Assembly: GCA_043228905.1 (NCBI GenBank)
Contig: JBHGNT010000003.1
Span: forward strand, 3,534,001-3,598,000
Origin: Azolla caroliniana
Taxonomy: Eukaryota; Plantae; Polypodiophyta
DNA: 64,000 nucleotides
Direction of reading: 5' to 3'
Below are positions 51,755 through 64,000 of this stretch, one piece after another. The translations under genes and the position numbers were made by a program. The notes beneath the pieces are model-generated. The model saw only the letters and a list, made by a program, of their open reading frames with translations, had not been told where the DNA came from and did no database searches. Position 1 is the first letter of the stretch. Each line of letters starts with the position of its first letter.

Positions 51755-54700
51755 AAACAGAGAATACACAAGGTAAAAGTATATTGACACACGAGAAAGA
51801 CTCAACTCTATACAAGGTGGGAGGAGGGTGCTTTATGTAGTCACCCTCTCTGTTCATTAACTACAAGACTCATGGAGCATGGGGAATATGAAAGCTCATA
51901 AGTTATGTGTCATAGAATATGATTCTATGACTCACACTAAATGTTAGAATACAAAGTGGTGACATAATGGTGACTCTTGACCGTTGGAGTGTGTATTCAC
52001 TCTCAAGGTGAGTTCACACGCTAGACCAAGTTGAGCTTGATTCTCAACACGCCCGCTCAAGATCACGTCGGGTCGGTTTCAGATGGTATCCGAAATCTGC
52101 TTCGACTCGCGTCGACTCGCTGTATGCGGAGTTATAGAATCCGTGCTTCAGCTTGCGTTGTGCGTAGTTGCGAAGTCTGTGCTTCGGCTTGCGTCTTTCT
52201 TCACGGCTTTGCGCGATGGATCGACTCTTTGCAGCTTTGTTGTGTGGTTGCGAAATCCACACATTATTGCGTAGTGTGCGTGTTTTGCGGAATCCACGCG
52301 TTATTGCGTAATATCTTCAATACTCCCCCTCAAGCTTGGCAGGTCAGGGATCGTCAATCCGAGATCGGTCATGAATTGCCATAGCTTGTCAGCTCCTAAG
52401 GCTTTAGTGAAGATGTCGGCCGTTGGAAGACTAGTGCTAATGTGTTGTAGGTCGACATCGCCAGCTAGAACGCGCTCTCGGATGAAGTGATAGTGCACTT
52501 CGATGTGCTTTGTCCACGCGTGGAACACCGGGTTTTGAGCCAGATAGATACTGCTCATGTTGTTGCAGTAAAGGGAAGTCGAATCCTTGATGGGTACGCC
52601 CAGATCCTTGAGTATCCTTTTGATCCATACAGCTTCACATGCAGCTACGGCTACGCCCTTATATTCTGCCTCCATACTCGAAAGAGCGATGGTAGGCTGC
52701 TTCTTGCTACTCTAGGATATTGCTCCGCTGCCAAGGGAGAAAACAAATCCGGAGGTTTATCTTCTATCGGCTTTGTAGCCAGCCCAATTGGCATCTGTGT
52801 ACCCCTCGAGTCGTATTGGCATCGCGGTCTTGTAGAGGATTCCGCAATCCATTGTGTCGCTCACGTATCGTAGAACTCGCTTAGCGCAATCCAAGTGCGT
52901 ATCACACGGTGTTTGCATGAATTGGCTAAGGAGACCGACCGGATAACTGAGATCGGGTCGAGTGATCGTGAGGTAGATGAGACTCCCGATGAGTTGCCGA
53001 TACTGAGTCGGCTCACACGCTTTGGTGCCGGAGTTTGCATCTAGTTTGAGATTACGATCGAGCGGGGTTGCCACGGATTTGCACTCAGCCATCCCGAACT
53101 TGTGTAACAAGTTGAGGATGTAGTGTCGTTGAGAGAGCATGATTCCGGCCGGAGTCCGTATTACCTCGATGCCGAGGAAGTAGTGGAGCTCCTTCATATT
53201 CTTCATCTTGAACTTGTTGGAAAGGAGGGATTTGACCTTATTGATTTCGACGAGATGCTCACCTCCAATGACTAGGTCATCCACATATAAAATAATGATG
53301 ATCGGACTTGCGGAATTGCTTCGTATGTAGAGGGAGTTGCCCGATTTTGACATACGGAAGCCGATTTGATGAAGATATTGCGTTATCTTCGAATGCCAAG
53401 CACGCGGTGCTTGCTTGAGGCCATAGAGTGGCTTCTTGAGTCGGCAAACAACTTTCGGATGGGTGCTCGAGTTGAAGCCGGGTGGTTGGATCATGTACAC
53501 CTCCTCTTCTAATTCGCCTTGTAGAAAGGCGTTCTTGACGTCCATTTGATGGAGGTGCCACCCTTTCGCCGCGGCAATTGCAATTACGGTCCGCACCGTC
53601 GTCATCTTTGCCACTAGGGCAAAGGTCTCTTCGTAGTCGAAGCCATGCGTCTAAGCGTAACCTTTCGCTACGAGTCGAGCTTTGTAGGGGTTTACGGAGC
53701 CATTGACGTTATACTTCACCTTGTAGATCCATCTGCATCCGATCGCCTTTTTGTGTGGTGAGGTGGGAACGAGATCCCACGTCTCGTTCTTCCGTAGTGG
53801 CTGCATCTCCTCGTTCATTGCTTCGATCCATCGTGGGTCCTTCGCGGCTTTCGAAAAGGTTTCCGGCTCCCGTATTGTCGCTACCTTCATCATAAAGGCG
53901 TAATGGTATTGCATATACTCGTTGTAGCCGAATCAGCTTACGGGGTTCTTTTCACGAGTGGATCGACGGAGCTTTTCATTTGCAGAGATGAGGGCTTTCT
54001 TAGCTCCGATTGGTACATCGAAGCCGCCGAACTCACTGTCGTGTGAGTCGATTCATCGTCGTCGAAGCGATCGTCTTCATATTCCGCCATTTTCGCCTTT
54101 CCTTTGTCCATCTTCGGGCTAGGTCGCGATGTGCTTTGATCGCTCAAAGGCTCTTGTGGTCCGTTCAGTCGGGTCATGATCAGACTTTCTTCGATCATGC
54201 GCGTAAGGCTATCTTCATCTTGAATCTCTTGTTCGGCAAATTCCGGGTCAAGTGGAGGCGAAGTTGTCTCTGGTGTGTACCAGGATGCGGACTCGTCAAA
54301 AACGACGTCTCGACTTACTCGAGATTTTCGAGTTGAGGGGTTGTAGCACTTGTTCCCCTTTTGCTCCAGTGAGTATCCTACGAGGATACATTTCTCCAAC
54401 TTCGGGTCAAGCTTTTGACGCTTCTTGTCGGGGATGTTCACGTACGCTATCGCGCCGAATATCCGGATGTGCGATAAATCCAGCTTCCTTCCGAAGTATT
54501 TTTCGTGCGGAGTGACCTCGTGCACACCGGATGTTGTGCACCGGTTCATTAGGTAGACGGCCGTATTTGCAGCTTCGGCCCATTGCAATATGAGTTGGGC
54601 ATATGCTTCTCGTTCATCATGGCCCGCGCTACTTCGAGGATGTACTGATTTTTGCACTCGGCTACTCCGTTTTGTTGTGGAGTGTGTCGGCAAGTGAATT

Positions 54701-56915
54701 CTCGCCGAATTCCTTCCTTTTGGAGGTACACCGTGAAATCGTCCGAGAAGTACTCCTTGCCGCCATCCGATCGAAGGCATCGTACATGTCGGCCCGTGGC
54801 TTTCTCGACTTCATTCTTGAAATTTTGGAAGTGTCCGAACACTTCGCTCTTTTGCCGCATCGGGTAGATCCAAGTGTGCCTAGAGAAGTCGTCGATGAAG
54901 AGCACGTAATATCGGCATCCGCCGAATGTAGCTGTCTGCGCCTGTCCCCATACGTCGGAATGGACTTCATTCTTGAAATTTTGGAAGTGTCCGAACACTT
55001 CGCTCTTTTGCCGCATCGGGTAGATCCAAGTGTGCCTAGAGAAGTCGTCGATGAAGAGCACGTAATATCGGCATCCGCCGAATGTAGCTGTCTGTGCCTG
55101 TCCCCATACGTCGGAATGGACTACGTCGAGTAGACCTTTGCTCACGTTCCGCTCTTTCGGGAATTGGTGTCGGTGTTGCTTGCCGAATTGGCATGCTTCG
55201 CATACACCTTCAATCTCCTTCTCTTTGAATGTCGGGAGTCCGATGACGACTCCTTTCGATTTCATTGCTTTGAGTTTGTTGAGATTGATGTGGCCGATTC
55301 GCTTGTGCCATAGCTCTATGTCGGAGTCGGCTTTCGTGTTTTTCGCGAACATGGCGGATTTCATCTCGTGTGAATCGAGAATGAACATCCGGCCCTCTCT
55401 TCGTCCGCGTGCGATGAGTCTGCCCTTTTTTTCGATGAAGCAACCACCTTGATTAAATCGAACTTGCATCCCTTGCTCTACAATTTGGCCGACGAAGACC
55501 AAATTCTTCGTAATGGTCGGTACATGCAAGACATTTTTAATGTAATTTTGCTTACCTTCTTTTCTAAACGGAACATTGCCAATGTGCCGAATCGGGTGCG
55601 TAGTGTCGTCTCCGGTTTCGACATAGCCGGGTCGGTCCGGCTCTCGAAGTTCTCGGAACCATTCTTGATGCGATGTCATATGGTTCGAGGCACCGGAATC
55701 GACAAACCATACATCTTCCGGACCGGAGGCACTAGTTGAGGTAGCGGTTGACATAGAGTTTGCTCTATGTTTCATCATAAACATTCTGCCACGCTCTTCG
55801 TAGTCGGAGTTGTGTGCGTAATTCGTGAGTTGTCGGCTTGTGGAAGCCGATTCACGCATCTTCTTTCGGCACTCTTCTTCGTGGTGGCTGAGCTTTCCGC
55901 AATATCCGTATTCGGTTGCGTTTTGGCAGCTCGGGCCGGAGTGGAAGCTCCCCCTTCTTGCGAAGGTTCCTCGTTGGCCTCCGTTTTGCGGCCGAAATTG
56001 GGAGTTGTTGTCATAGGTCGAACCTCGTCCGCCTTGTCCTTGGCTGAATCAGCCTCTCACTCGTCCGCGTCCTCTTCCTCCATTAGAGTGCGTGTAGAGC
56101 ATGTGGCCTTCCGACTCATTGCTCCTTGTACGCACGTGGTTTTCTTCGACCAATAGCATTGATTGGAGCTCGAAGGAGGGAGATTTCTCCCATGCTAGAA
56201 CGGCGGTTCGCATCGCGTCGAACCATGGTGCAAGGCCACCGAGGCATATTTGCACCATCTCATCATCATGTATACTTACACTTATTGAGCCGAGCGAGTC
56301 GCAAAGCTCCTTGATCTTCAAGGTGTATGTTGTGATGGACATGTCCCTTTGTTGAATGTTGTTCAACTCTTGCGGAGTTGAAGCTTCCTCGCGGTCGTGT
56401 TGGCGGCGAAAATCTTTCGTAGATTTTCCCACGCTTCCTTCGGCGTCTTGGCTTCTCGAATGTAACCGAGCATGTGGTCGTGAGCACATGTCGCCAAACA
56501 ATACATCATGCGGCTTGCGGCTTGCTCCCATGTCGCGTATCTAGGAGCCTCTTCGGCGGGTCGGTCTTCATGCGCTCCTTTGATGTAGCTCCAATAGCCT
56601 TGTCCGACAAGGTATTGGTGCATCTTGTACTCCCAAGATGCGAAGTTGTTTTGATCCAACTTCTCGGTAGGGAGAGCGCTCCCCATTTGAGTATTCATTA
56701 TTTCGGTTCTTCTTGTTCTTCTTCTCTCTTCAAATGCGAGCTATGTAGCGAAGCTACGATAGCTATGAGCTGGTTCTTGGTCGTCGGCGTAGAGCACAAC
56801 ACACGATCACGATCAGGCGAATGGGCTAGATCGAGCTACCAAATCGTTCTGATACCATGTAAAGAATCAACAGATGGATTCTTGTGAAGCAGAAGAGATG
56901 TGAGTTATGTGTGTG

Positions 56916-56963
<48 letters not shown>

Positions 56964-57258
56964 AAATAGAGAATATGTAAGGTAAAAGTATATTGACAAA
57001 GGAGAAAGACTCAACTCTATACAAGGTGGGAGGAGGGTGCTTTATGTAGTCACCCTCTCTCTTCATTAACTATAAGACTCATGGAGCATGGGGAATATGA
57101 AAGCTCATAAGTTATGTGTCATAGAATATGATTCTATGACTCACACTAAATGCTAGAATACAAAGTGGTGACATAATGGTGACTCTTGACCGTTGGAGTG
57201 TGTATTCACTCTCAAGGTGAGTTCACACACTAGACCAAGTTGAGCTTGATTCTCAACA
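51648..57258 (-). mobile_element. Full-length, mutated Ty1/Copia LTR retrotransposon (5611 bp)
   Basis: LTRs 51648-52049 and 56858-57258 (TG...CA, about 12 substitutions by eye); TSD AATTG on both sides; Met PBS TGGTATCAGAAC at 56857-56846; order gag (NFASWEYKM, CxxC knuckle) - PR (WFVDSGASNHMT) - INT (LWHKRIGH, VHSDVWG, RSDGGKEY, PQQNGVAE) - RT (YVDDL) - RNase H (KHIEVHYHFIRE). Several frameshifts and stops. Confidence 0.97.
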
Positions 57259-58099
57259 AATTGAACTAGTCTAGGACACCCAAAAAGAAAATTGACATCA
57301 TATAATACATATGAAAGTGAGTATAACTCTTGATGTTCAAGACTTTGCTAGATAATGTCAAAATTGAGACTCTGATTAAGAGAGAAATTCACGCAAGGAT
57401 TGGTTTGGTTGAGGATGTTACGACTACGAGTCATGACCCATGCATCTTAAAGATTTATAAATACATTCGATTTATTCCTAAAAAATCTTTACTACATTAT
57501 ATAAAAAGAAACTACTAGCTACTCCATCATTTAAGTACAATAATATATATGTATACCAACACGGGTATATGCCTCAAACACCAAGTAGACATTTCTCTTA
57601 CAAAATCAATTGTTTTTCTACTTCCAAATAAAGTTAGGAGTGCGTGCCCCATACCTCTACCTCTACCTCCACCTCCTCGTTACAATTTACCATTGCTTCG
57701 ACCATTACACACAAATAAATACAGATATGTTGAATATCACTATAACTTATGCAGGCATCATTGTTGAGACAGTTGTTGGTACAGTTGTGGCATCATTTCC
57801 ATGGTAAATGTGAAATTGACTCCTGGGACAGCTAAGAATTGCCCATTAGAAAATATGAATCTTACGATAGGCAAGATTTTAGCATTCCATCAAACTTCAA
57901 ACTTAGCTTTCTTCAAGTGGATTTCATCTTTATCAATATCTCTTTTGTCCTTGAACTTGGTACATTCTTCTCAAAATCCATTTTTCTTGCCACCATCAAG
58001 GATTACCTTTCCGCTAGTCCTCATAGGTTTTCAGCCACATTCTTTAACCGAGATAAACTTTGTGCCCTAAAAGAATAAATCAAATTTATGCAACAAAAC

Positions 58100-59228
58100 C
58101 GAGCATTTGTGCAGATCACCGCAGAACGAGAACCGGAACGACACGAAGTCGACAGAGACCAATCGGGCCATCTCGGGTGCCCCTCGGACGGAGGATACCG
58201 CGTAACTGAAGGAACGAGAGGCGTGCATGTGGTCAAGAATAGGGCCAATGGGGAAGCAAGCGCATTACGGGATCGCGGCGAATGACCTATCGACGGGTCG
58301 AACAAGCCTACGGCGAGGCAAATGCGGAAAAGGAACCAGGGCCGACGGTTTGGACAGGCGAGGGCGACGCGGCAGCCGGAATGCAGATTACGGAAGACCG
58401 GCTCCTCGTCAGCCGGAATCTCTCACACTTCTCCGAACATGGCACGTACTAGTGGACGTGCGGTTTGGTGGGGGCGGATGTCGTGAAGAGTTTGGGCCAT
58501 AGTGAGAAACCAGGGAATATCGGAAGATTGGGCAGGGTGGAGCATGTGCACTCACCCTTATAGAAATTGTGTAAATGATAGGGGCGCCATTCTGGGCTGG
58601 ACAGTAGTTATTTCGGGACAGAGGATCCTATGTAATAAGGGATTTATCCCACATTGTTACGCATCCCTCTCCTTGTTCTATAAAAGGAAGGGAGCGCCCT
58701 TTGTAGAAGGGTTGCCCATTTTGAGTTAGGAGGGTATACCGTTAGATTTAGGGTTAGGCAGTTCTCTTACTTCATTCTAGGGTTTCATCTTGGCGGTTTC
58801 TTCTTTCTCGTTGCGTGGGTTGAGAGTTCATGTTTGTTCAGGGTTTGCTTCTGCTCGGTCTCCTATGCAAGACCCCGCTCGACACGACGAGCCCGAGAGC
58901 TCCCAGCTTGGCGGCTTGGCAACAGGTTGTTGTTGTAACCTACCCTACCCTGGTCCGGCTCGAAGCCGGGGTTGTATTTTTCCTTTGTAATATTTATACT
59001 CATATCTGTTTGTGTATATTGGCGTATTTGGTGGTGTCGGGAGCATAACCCTTGTTCCCTGTGCATAAGAGTCGGTGTCGCGTGCATGCTATATCTCTCT
59101 CTCTCTCTTGTGTTCGGTTGCCTCTGGAACGCTTCCGGAATCGACTTCTCGGCCTCCCTTCCTCCCTCGTCCGAGACCCCCGTGGTCCCTCCCCTTCTAC
59201 ACACACGCACGCGGGTAATAACGTGACA
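58100..59228 (+). mobile_element. GC-rich LTR-like sequence (probably Gypsy type), 5' end unresolved, inserted at the start of the surviving part of the second Copia
   Basis: Ends ...ACGTGACA directly before Copia integrase codons (ARAMLNEKHMPK); CTATAAAAGG at about 58679 followed by telo-box-like TAGGGTT motifs; no matching left terminus or TSD found. Confidence 0.55.
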
Positions 59229-60327
59229 ACGGGCCATGCTCAACGAGAAGCATATGCCTAAGTCATATTGGGCAGAAGCTGCAAATACCGCCGTCTACCT
59301 CATGAACTGGTGCACAACATCCGGAGTGCATGAGGGACGTCACCCCGCATGAGAAATACTATGGGAAGAAGCCGGATCTATCCCATGTAAGGATATTCGG
59401 CTCCATTGTATACGTGCACATTCCCGATGAGAAGCGACAGAAGCTTGACCCAAAATCAGAGAAGTGCATCCTCGTGGGGTACTCATTGGAGCAAAAGGGG
59501 TACAAGTGCTTCAACCCCTCTACTCGGAAGACTCGTGGAAGTCGGGATGTCGTCTTTGACGAATCGACATCATGGTACAAACCCGAGCCGACTCCTCCGA
59601 AACCATCTATGAACGATCTCGACAACACAGAAGACGATGATCAACTAAGGTCAATACTCGAAGAGAGTCCGATCTCAACCAGATTGAGCGGACCACAAGA
59701 GCCTCCGAGCCTCCGAGCAACCAAAGCTCATCTTGGCCAAGTCCAAAGATGGACAAAGGGAAGGCCAAAATGCCAGAATATGAAGATGATCACTTCAACG
59801 GCAAACGAATCGACTCATTCACTCGATAATGAGTTCGATGGCTTTGATGTGTGTCTTATGAGGTCATCCGGAGTTGAGAAAGCACTCACATCGGCAAATG
59901 AGAAACTTCGTCGCTCTACCCGAGAGAAGAATCCGGTTAGACATGGGATCTCGTCCCTCACTCACCGCATAAGAAGGCAATCGGTTGCAGATGGATATAC
60001 AAAGTGAAGTATAGTGCCGATAGTTCCATCAACCGCTACAAAGCTCGACTTGTAGCAAAAGGCTACGCACAAACACAGGGCGTCGACTATGAAGAGACCT
60101 TTGCCCCGGTGGCAAAGATGCCAACCGTGCGAACCGTGATAGCACTTGCAGTAGCGAAAGGGTGGCACCTTCACTAGATGGATGTCAAGAACGCCTTTCT
60201 TCAAGGCGAATTAGAAGAGGAGGTGTACATGGTACAACCACCCGGCTTCGAATCCAACATTCATCCGAAAGACGTCTGTCGACTCAAGAAGCCTCTCTAT
60301 GGCCTTAAGCAAGCACCACTTGCTTGG

Positions 60328-61694
60328 TGTTACCGGCCGGCAAAGGAGTCCAAAGTGTGAAACGAAGGAGTTATTTAATTATTAAGGAATGGTTGTAAGT
60401 AAGCTATTAGTGTGGACGGACGGACTGGAATCGGTATGCCGTTCCGGATCCGGACCGATCCCGAACAGGTGCGGATGGCACCGTTTTGTACTACAAGATG
60501 TGGCGCAAGCCCAGGAGCTTGCGGAATTGAGAGATGAACTTGCCGTACAAGAAGCGCTAAGGAGCCGTGAACGGGAATTGAAGACAGCGACCGAAGCAGA
60601 ATTAAAGAAGACTGCTGAGAACCTCCGCCGGGCAGAGGAGAGCCTTCGGAAAGGCCATCAAGCGTACGACCTGCTAACGGAAGAAAAAGACAAAGTGCTG
60701 CAGGAAAAAGACAAGTTGCGGAAGACGACGGAAACGGAAATTGAACGGCTAAAGGAGGAGAAGGACCGCGAGGACCGGGCCCGTCGACAGATCAACGTAC
60801 GGCTCAAGCAAAAGACAGATGATTTTGAGCACCTGCACCGGGACTACAAACGGCTGGAAACGGAGCATAAGGAATGGATGGCCGAGCTCCGACAAGAAGT
60901 TGATCAGGCCGCGACGGCGCTCGCCGACGAATGAGCGGAAAATACAAGACGCTTGGACGAGGCGGAGAAGGTCCGGATGGAGCTCCAGAGGCAGCATCAG
61001 GAAGAAAGGGAGAGAGCGTCAACGATATTGCAAAAATTACAAAGCATATATCAAGGGCAATTGACGCATTACAAGGAGCAGGCGGACGACAACGTCAAAA
61101 TCATCAAGCAATTGAAGGAGGAACGGCAAGCTGCGGAGATGAAATCGCAGATGGGAACGAACCGGATTCAGTGTATCCTCCGAGCATGGCTGAATCAGAC
61201 AAAACGCTTGATTGATGAAAGCTCCGTAAGATGGTGGACAAAGTGGGCACAAAATACGGCGGAACTCCAATTGCTACGGGCAGACGTGGAAAACCGGCGG
61301 AAGGAAGGAGATGATTGTTACACGTTGACTTCCGAGGATTTCACCGCCATACGGAACAAGCTGGCCGAAGACTTCCAAGTCCTGGCGAATGAACAGCTGG
61401 TGCAGGTCCGGCAACTCGTAGCTGAGCTAGACGATGATAGGCTGGACGCTCAAATCCAATTTGAGAGCTACGAGCAGTCCCGGGTTCGGGAAGAAAAAGC
61501 ACGGGAAGCGGCAACGGTTAACCTTAGTGATGAGGAACCGTCGTCGGACGAGGGCCAGGCCGGAACCAGTCAACCGGAGACCACTACGACGGAGGGAGCA
61601 ACGACGGTAACGCCGGTGTCAGAGCAACAAATGGAAGAGCAGCCGCAGCAGCCACCAACGGACCAGTCGCAGCAGCCATCAACGGAGCAGCAGC

Positions 61695-61729
<35 letters not shown>

Positions 61730-62284
61730 CCAATTCCAGATGAACCATTGGAGACTCTCGAACAAAGCATTCTGGATATTTTGGACGAAGAATAGCAAGG
61801 GTCGGATGGTGGATTCGACGTACAAGGTACTGTCCCACAGGCGTGCCATGTGTTAACGGCTGGCAAAGGAGACTAGAGTGTGAAACGAAGGAGTTATTTA
61901 ATTATTAAGGAATGGTTGTAAGTAAGCTATTAGTGTGGACGGACGGACCGGAATCGGTATTCCGTTCCGGATCCGGACCGATCCCGAACAGGTGTGGATG
62001 GCACCGTTTTGTACTACAAACCGGAACCTATTTAAAGGCCCGGATACAATGTAATGAGGAGCGGATAATTAATGAAGCTTCGTGTTTTTATCTCTGTGTG
62101 TTAATTGCCGTTTTGCATTCATTGTTATATCTTACGCGTGTGATTATTAAGGACGATCTTGCTAAGTGACCTAATTAAGTCGGATTAATCGTTGAGCCTA
62201 ATCCTCTTGCCATAAGACCCCTTTGGTGAAGTGTCTTCCGTAGACACCCTGTGTTAGGCCATTGTCCGGCCCTAAGAGTTAACA
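60328..62284 (-). mobile_element. Nested, internally deleted LTR retrotransposon, Ty3/Gypsy Tat-like judging by its PBS
   Basis: TSD CTTGG (60323-60327 / 62285-62289) inside Copia RT; full LTR 61851-62284 (TGTTAAC...GTTAACA); partial LTR 60328-60496; minus-strand PBS TGGCACGCCTGTGGGAC (61848-61832) resembles the tRNA-Arg-type PBS of Tat elements. Confidence 0.85.
60389..61795 (+). pseudogene. Coiled-coil / acidic / poly-Q extra ORF of the nested retroelement (468 codons, one internal TGA)
   Basis: ORFs 60389-60934 and 60953-61795 share one frame, separated only by TGA at 60932 (likely CGA>TGA). E/K/R/Q-rich heptad-like sequence with a (CAA)n poly-Q near the end; no gag or pol motifs. Confidence 0.7.
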
Positions 62285-63680
62285 CTTGGCACTCGAAGAT
62301 AACACAATATCTTCATCGAATCGGTTTCTGAATGTCAAAATCCGACAATTCTCTATATGTAAGAAGCGATTCCAAAAGTCTGATTGTCATCATCCTATAT
62401 GTGGATGATCTGGTCATTGGAGGTAAGCATCTAGTCGACATTAACAAGGTCAAGTCCCTCTTCTCCAGCAAATTCGAGATGACGGACATGAAAGAGCTCC
62501 ACTACTTCCTTGGTATCGAGGTAATTCGGACTCTAGCCGGGATTATGATCTCCCAACGGCAGTACATTCTCAACTTGTTATACAAGTTTGGGATGACTGA
62601 GTGCAAGTCTGTGGCAACACCTCTTGACCGAAACCTCAAACTAGATGCCAATTCTGGCACCACAGAGTGTGAGCCAACTCCATATCGACAACTGATTGGT
62701 AGTCTTATCTACTTCATGATCACTCGACCAGACCTGAGCTATCTGGTCGGCCTTCTTAGCTAGTTCATGCAAACGCCACGAGATATCCATTTGGATTGTG
62801 CTAAGACAATGCTATGATACGTGAGGGGGATGATGGACTATGGCATTCTCTATAAGTCGGCCACACCAATTCAACTCGAGGGGTACATAGATGCCGACTG
62901 GGCAGGCTACAAAGCCGACCGATGATCAACCTTTGGTTTCGTCTTCTCCCTTGGAAGTGGAGCCATCTCCTAGAGTAGAAAGAAGCAACCAACTGTCGCT
63001 CTTTCAGCACAGAGGCCGAATACAGGGGCTCGACGGTGGCTGCATGTGAAGCCGTATGGCTCAAGAAGATATTAAAAAGGATCTGGGCATTCCCATCAAA
63101 GATCCGATTCTCCTTTACTGCGATAACATGAACAATATTTATCTGGCTCAGAACCCGGTGTTCCATGCACGCACGAAGCATATCGAAGTGCACTATCACT
63201 TCATTCGAGAGTGTGTTCAAGCTAGCGATGTCGACCTTCAACATATCACTACGAATATTCAGACAGCCGACATCTTCACCAAAGCTTCAACAATTCCTGT
63301 CAGACCTTGGATTGACGGTCCTTGACTTGCCAAGCTTGAGGGGGAGTACAAGTGAAAACCGGATACCGTCCGAAGCGGACATCAACCGAAGTAGCCGACC
63401 ACAGTTGAGCTTGAGGGGGCGTGTAGAGAATCAAGCTCAACCTAGTCTAGTGTGTGAACACACCCTTGAGAGTGTGCACTCAAAGGTCAAAAGTCACCAC
63501 TCTTATCTACACATTAACTATGTGTCATAGAATCATATTCTATGACACATAACTAATGAGTTTTCACTAATGAGAGAGTGACTATATAAAGCACTCTCCT
63601 CCTACTTTGTAATTAGGTTGATTAATCTCCTTTGTAATATACATCTTCTTGAGTATTCTATTGTCTCTTTAATCTATCTT

Positions 63681-64000
63681 TTAGCTCGTTGGAAAGCTCT
63701 TTGAGAGAGCTTTCTAAAGAATGTTCATTTACTGAATTCCGTTACCGTGGCGAGAAGTTATGAGCATTTTCATCCGCAGCCATCTTTGCCCCACGGTTCC
63801 TCAAACGGAAGGTAGATTTTGAAGCCCTAAATCGAGTGAAAGGTACATTCTCTCTCCTTCCCTCTTTGTCTCTCTTTTCCCGTACGGTTTATCCCTACAA
63901 TGGCAAATACTCGTAAAACCGCCGCAAAGTTTGGGGGTATGATTGATAATGAGCCGAGATCACCAACAAATCTTGATTCTAATGCAATGGACAAAATGCT
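63681..64000 (+). other. 5' end of an unidentified insertion (possibly a LINE 5'UTR/ORF1); an ORF starts at 63900 and runs off the window
   Basis: Interrupts the Copia LTR after a T-rich site; hairpin GAAAGCTCT-5nt-AGAGCTTTC near its start; open frame MANTRKTAAKFGGMIDNEPRSPTNLDSNAMDKM... Confidence 0.35.

Larger units (their letters stand above)
59229..63680 (+). mobile_element. Second, truncated Copia of the same family (INT end - RT - RNase H - PPT - 3' LTR from 63422), interrupted at 60328-62284
   Basis: Proteins are nearly identical to element 1 ([20 protein letters not shown]|AWHSKIT, YVDDL, KHIEVHYHFIRE); PPT TTGAGGGGGCG before TGTAGAGAATCAAGCTCAA, homologous to the element-1 LTR; the LTR breaks off at about 63680. 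Confidence 0.92.

Noticed and set aside
52031-56887. Numerous plus-strand ORFs
   Set aside because: Antisense shadows of the GC-rich Copia gag-pol.
57700-58080. Minus-strand frame with many CAA>TAA/CGA>TGA-type stops, possibly old TE coding sequence
   Set aside because: Too degenerate to assign a family without a search.
61570-61866. Poly-Cys and poly-Val ORFs on the minus strand
   Set aside because: Reverse-strand translations of the (CAA)n poly-Q tract.

Overview
Eukaryotic, AT-rich, intron-containing land-plant nuclear DNA. A non-seed plant such as a fern is my inference from gene divergence and TE content; the sequence alone does not prove it. Five protein-coding genes can be supported: a DUF3511 protein (+, 1 exon), a GC1/GUCD1-like gene (-, 9 exons assembled by hand), NDUFAF6 (-), a UBP25-like deubiquitinase (+, 8 coding exons) and a divergent TORNADO1-like LRR-Roc-COR (Roco) GTPase (+, 2 exons). 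There is also a degenerate tRNA-Leu(AAG). The rest is TE-rich: decayed LINEs, solo LTRs, a hAT-type non-autonomous element, a complete but mutated Ty1/Copia, and a second Copia of the same family carrying nested LTR elements. The most unusual signal is two related solo LTRs (851-1316, 3084-3528) that independently inserted into one LINE. Each carries an antisense tRNA-like Pol III (A/B-box) module followed by a perfect 4-unit heat-shock element and a TATA box. Also notable is a Tat-like element with an antisense coiled-coil/poly-Q ORF right behind its PBS. All calls were made by eye; no searches were run.
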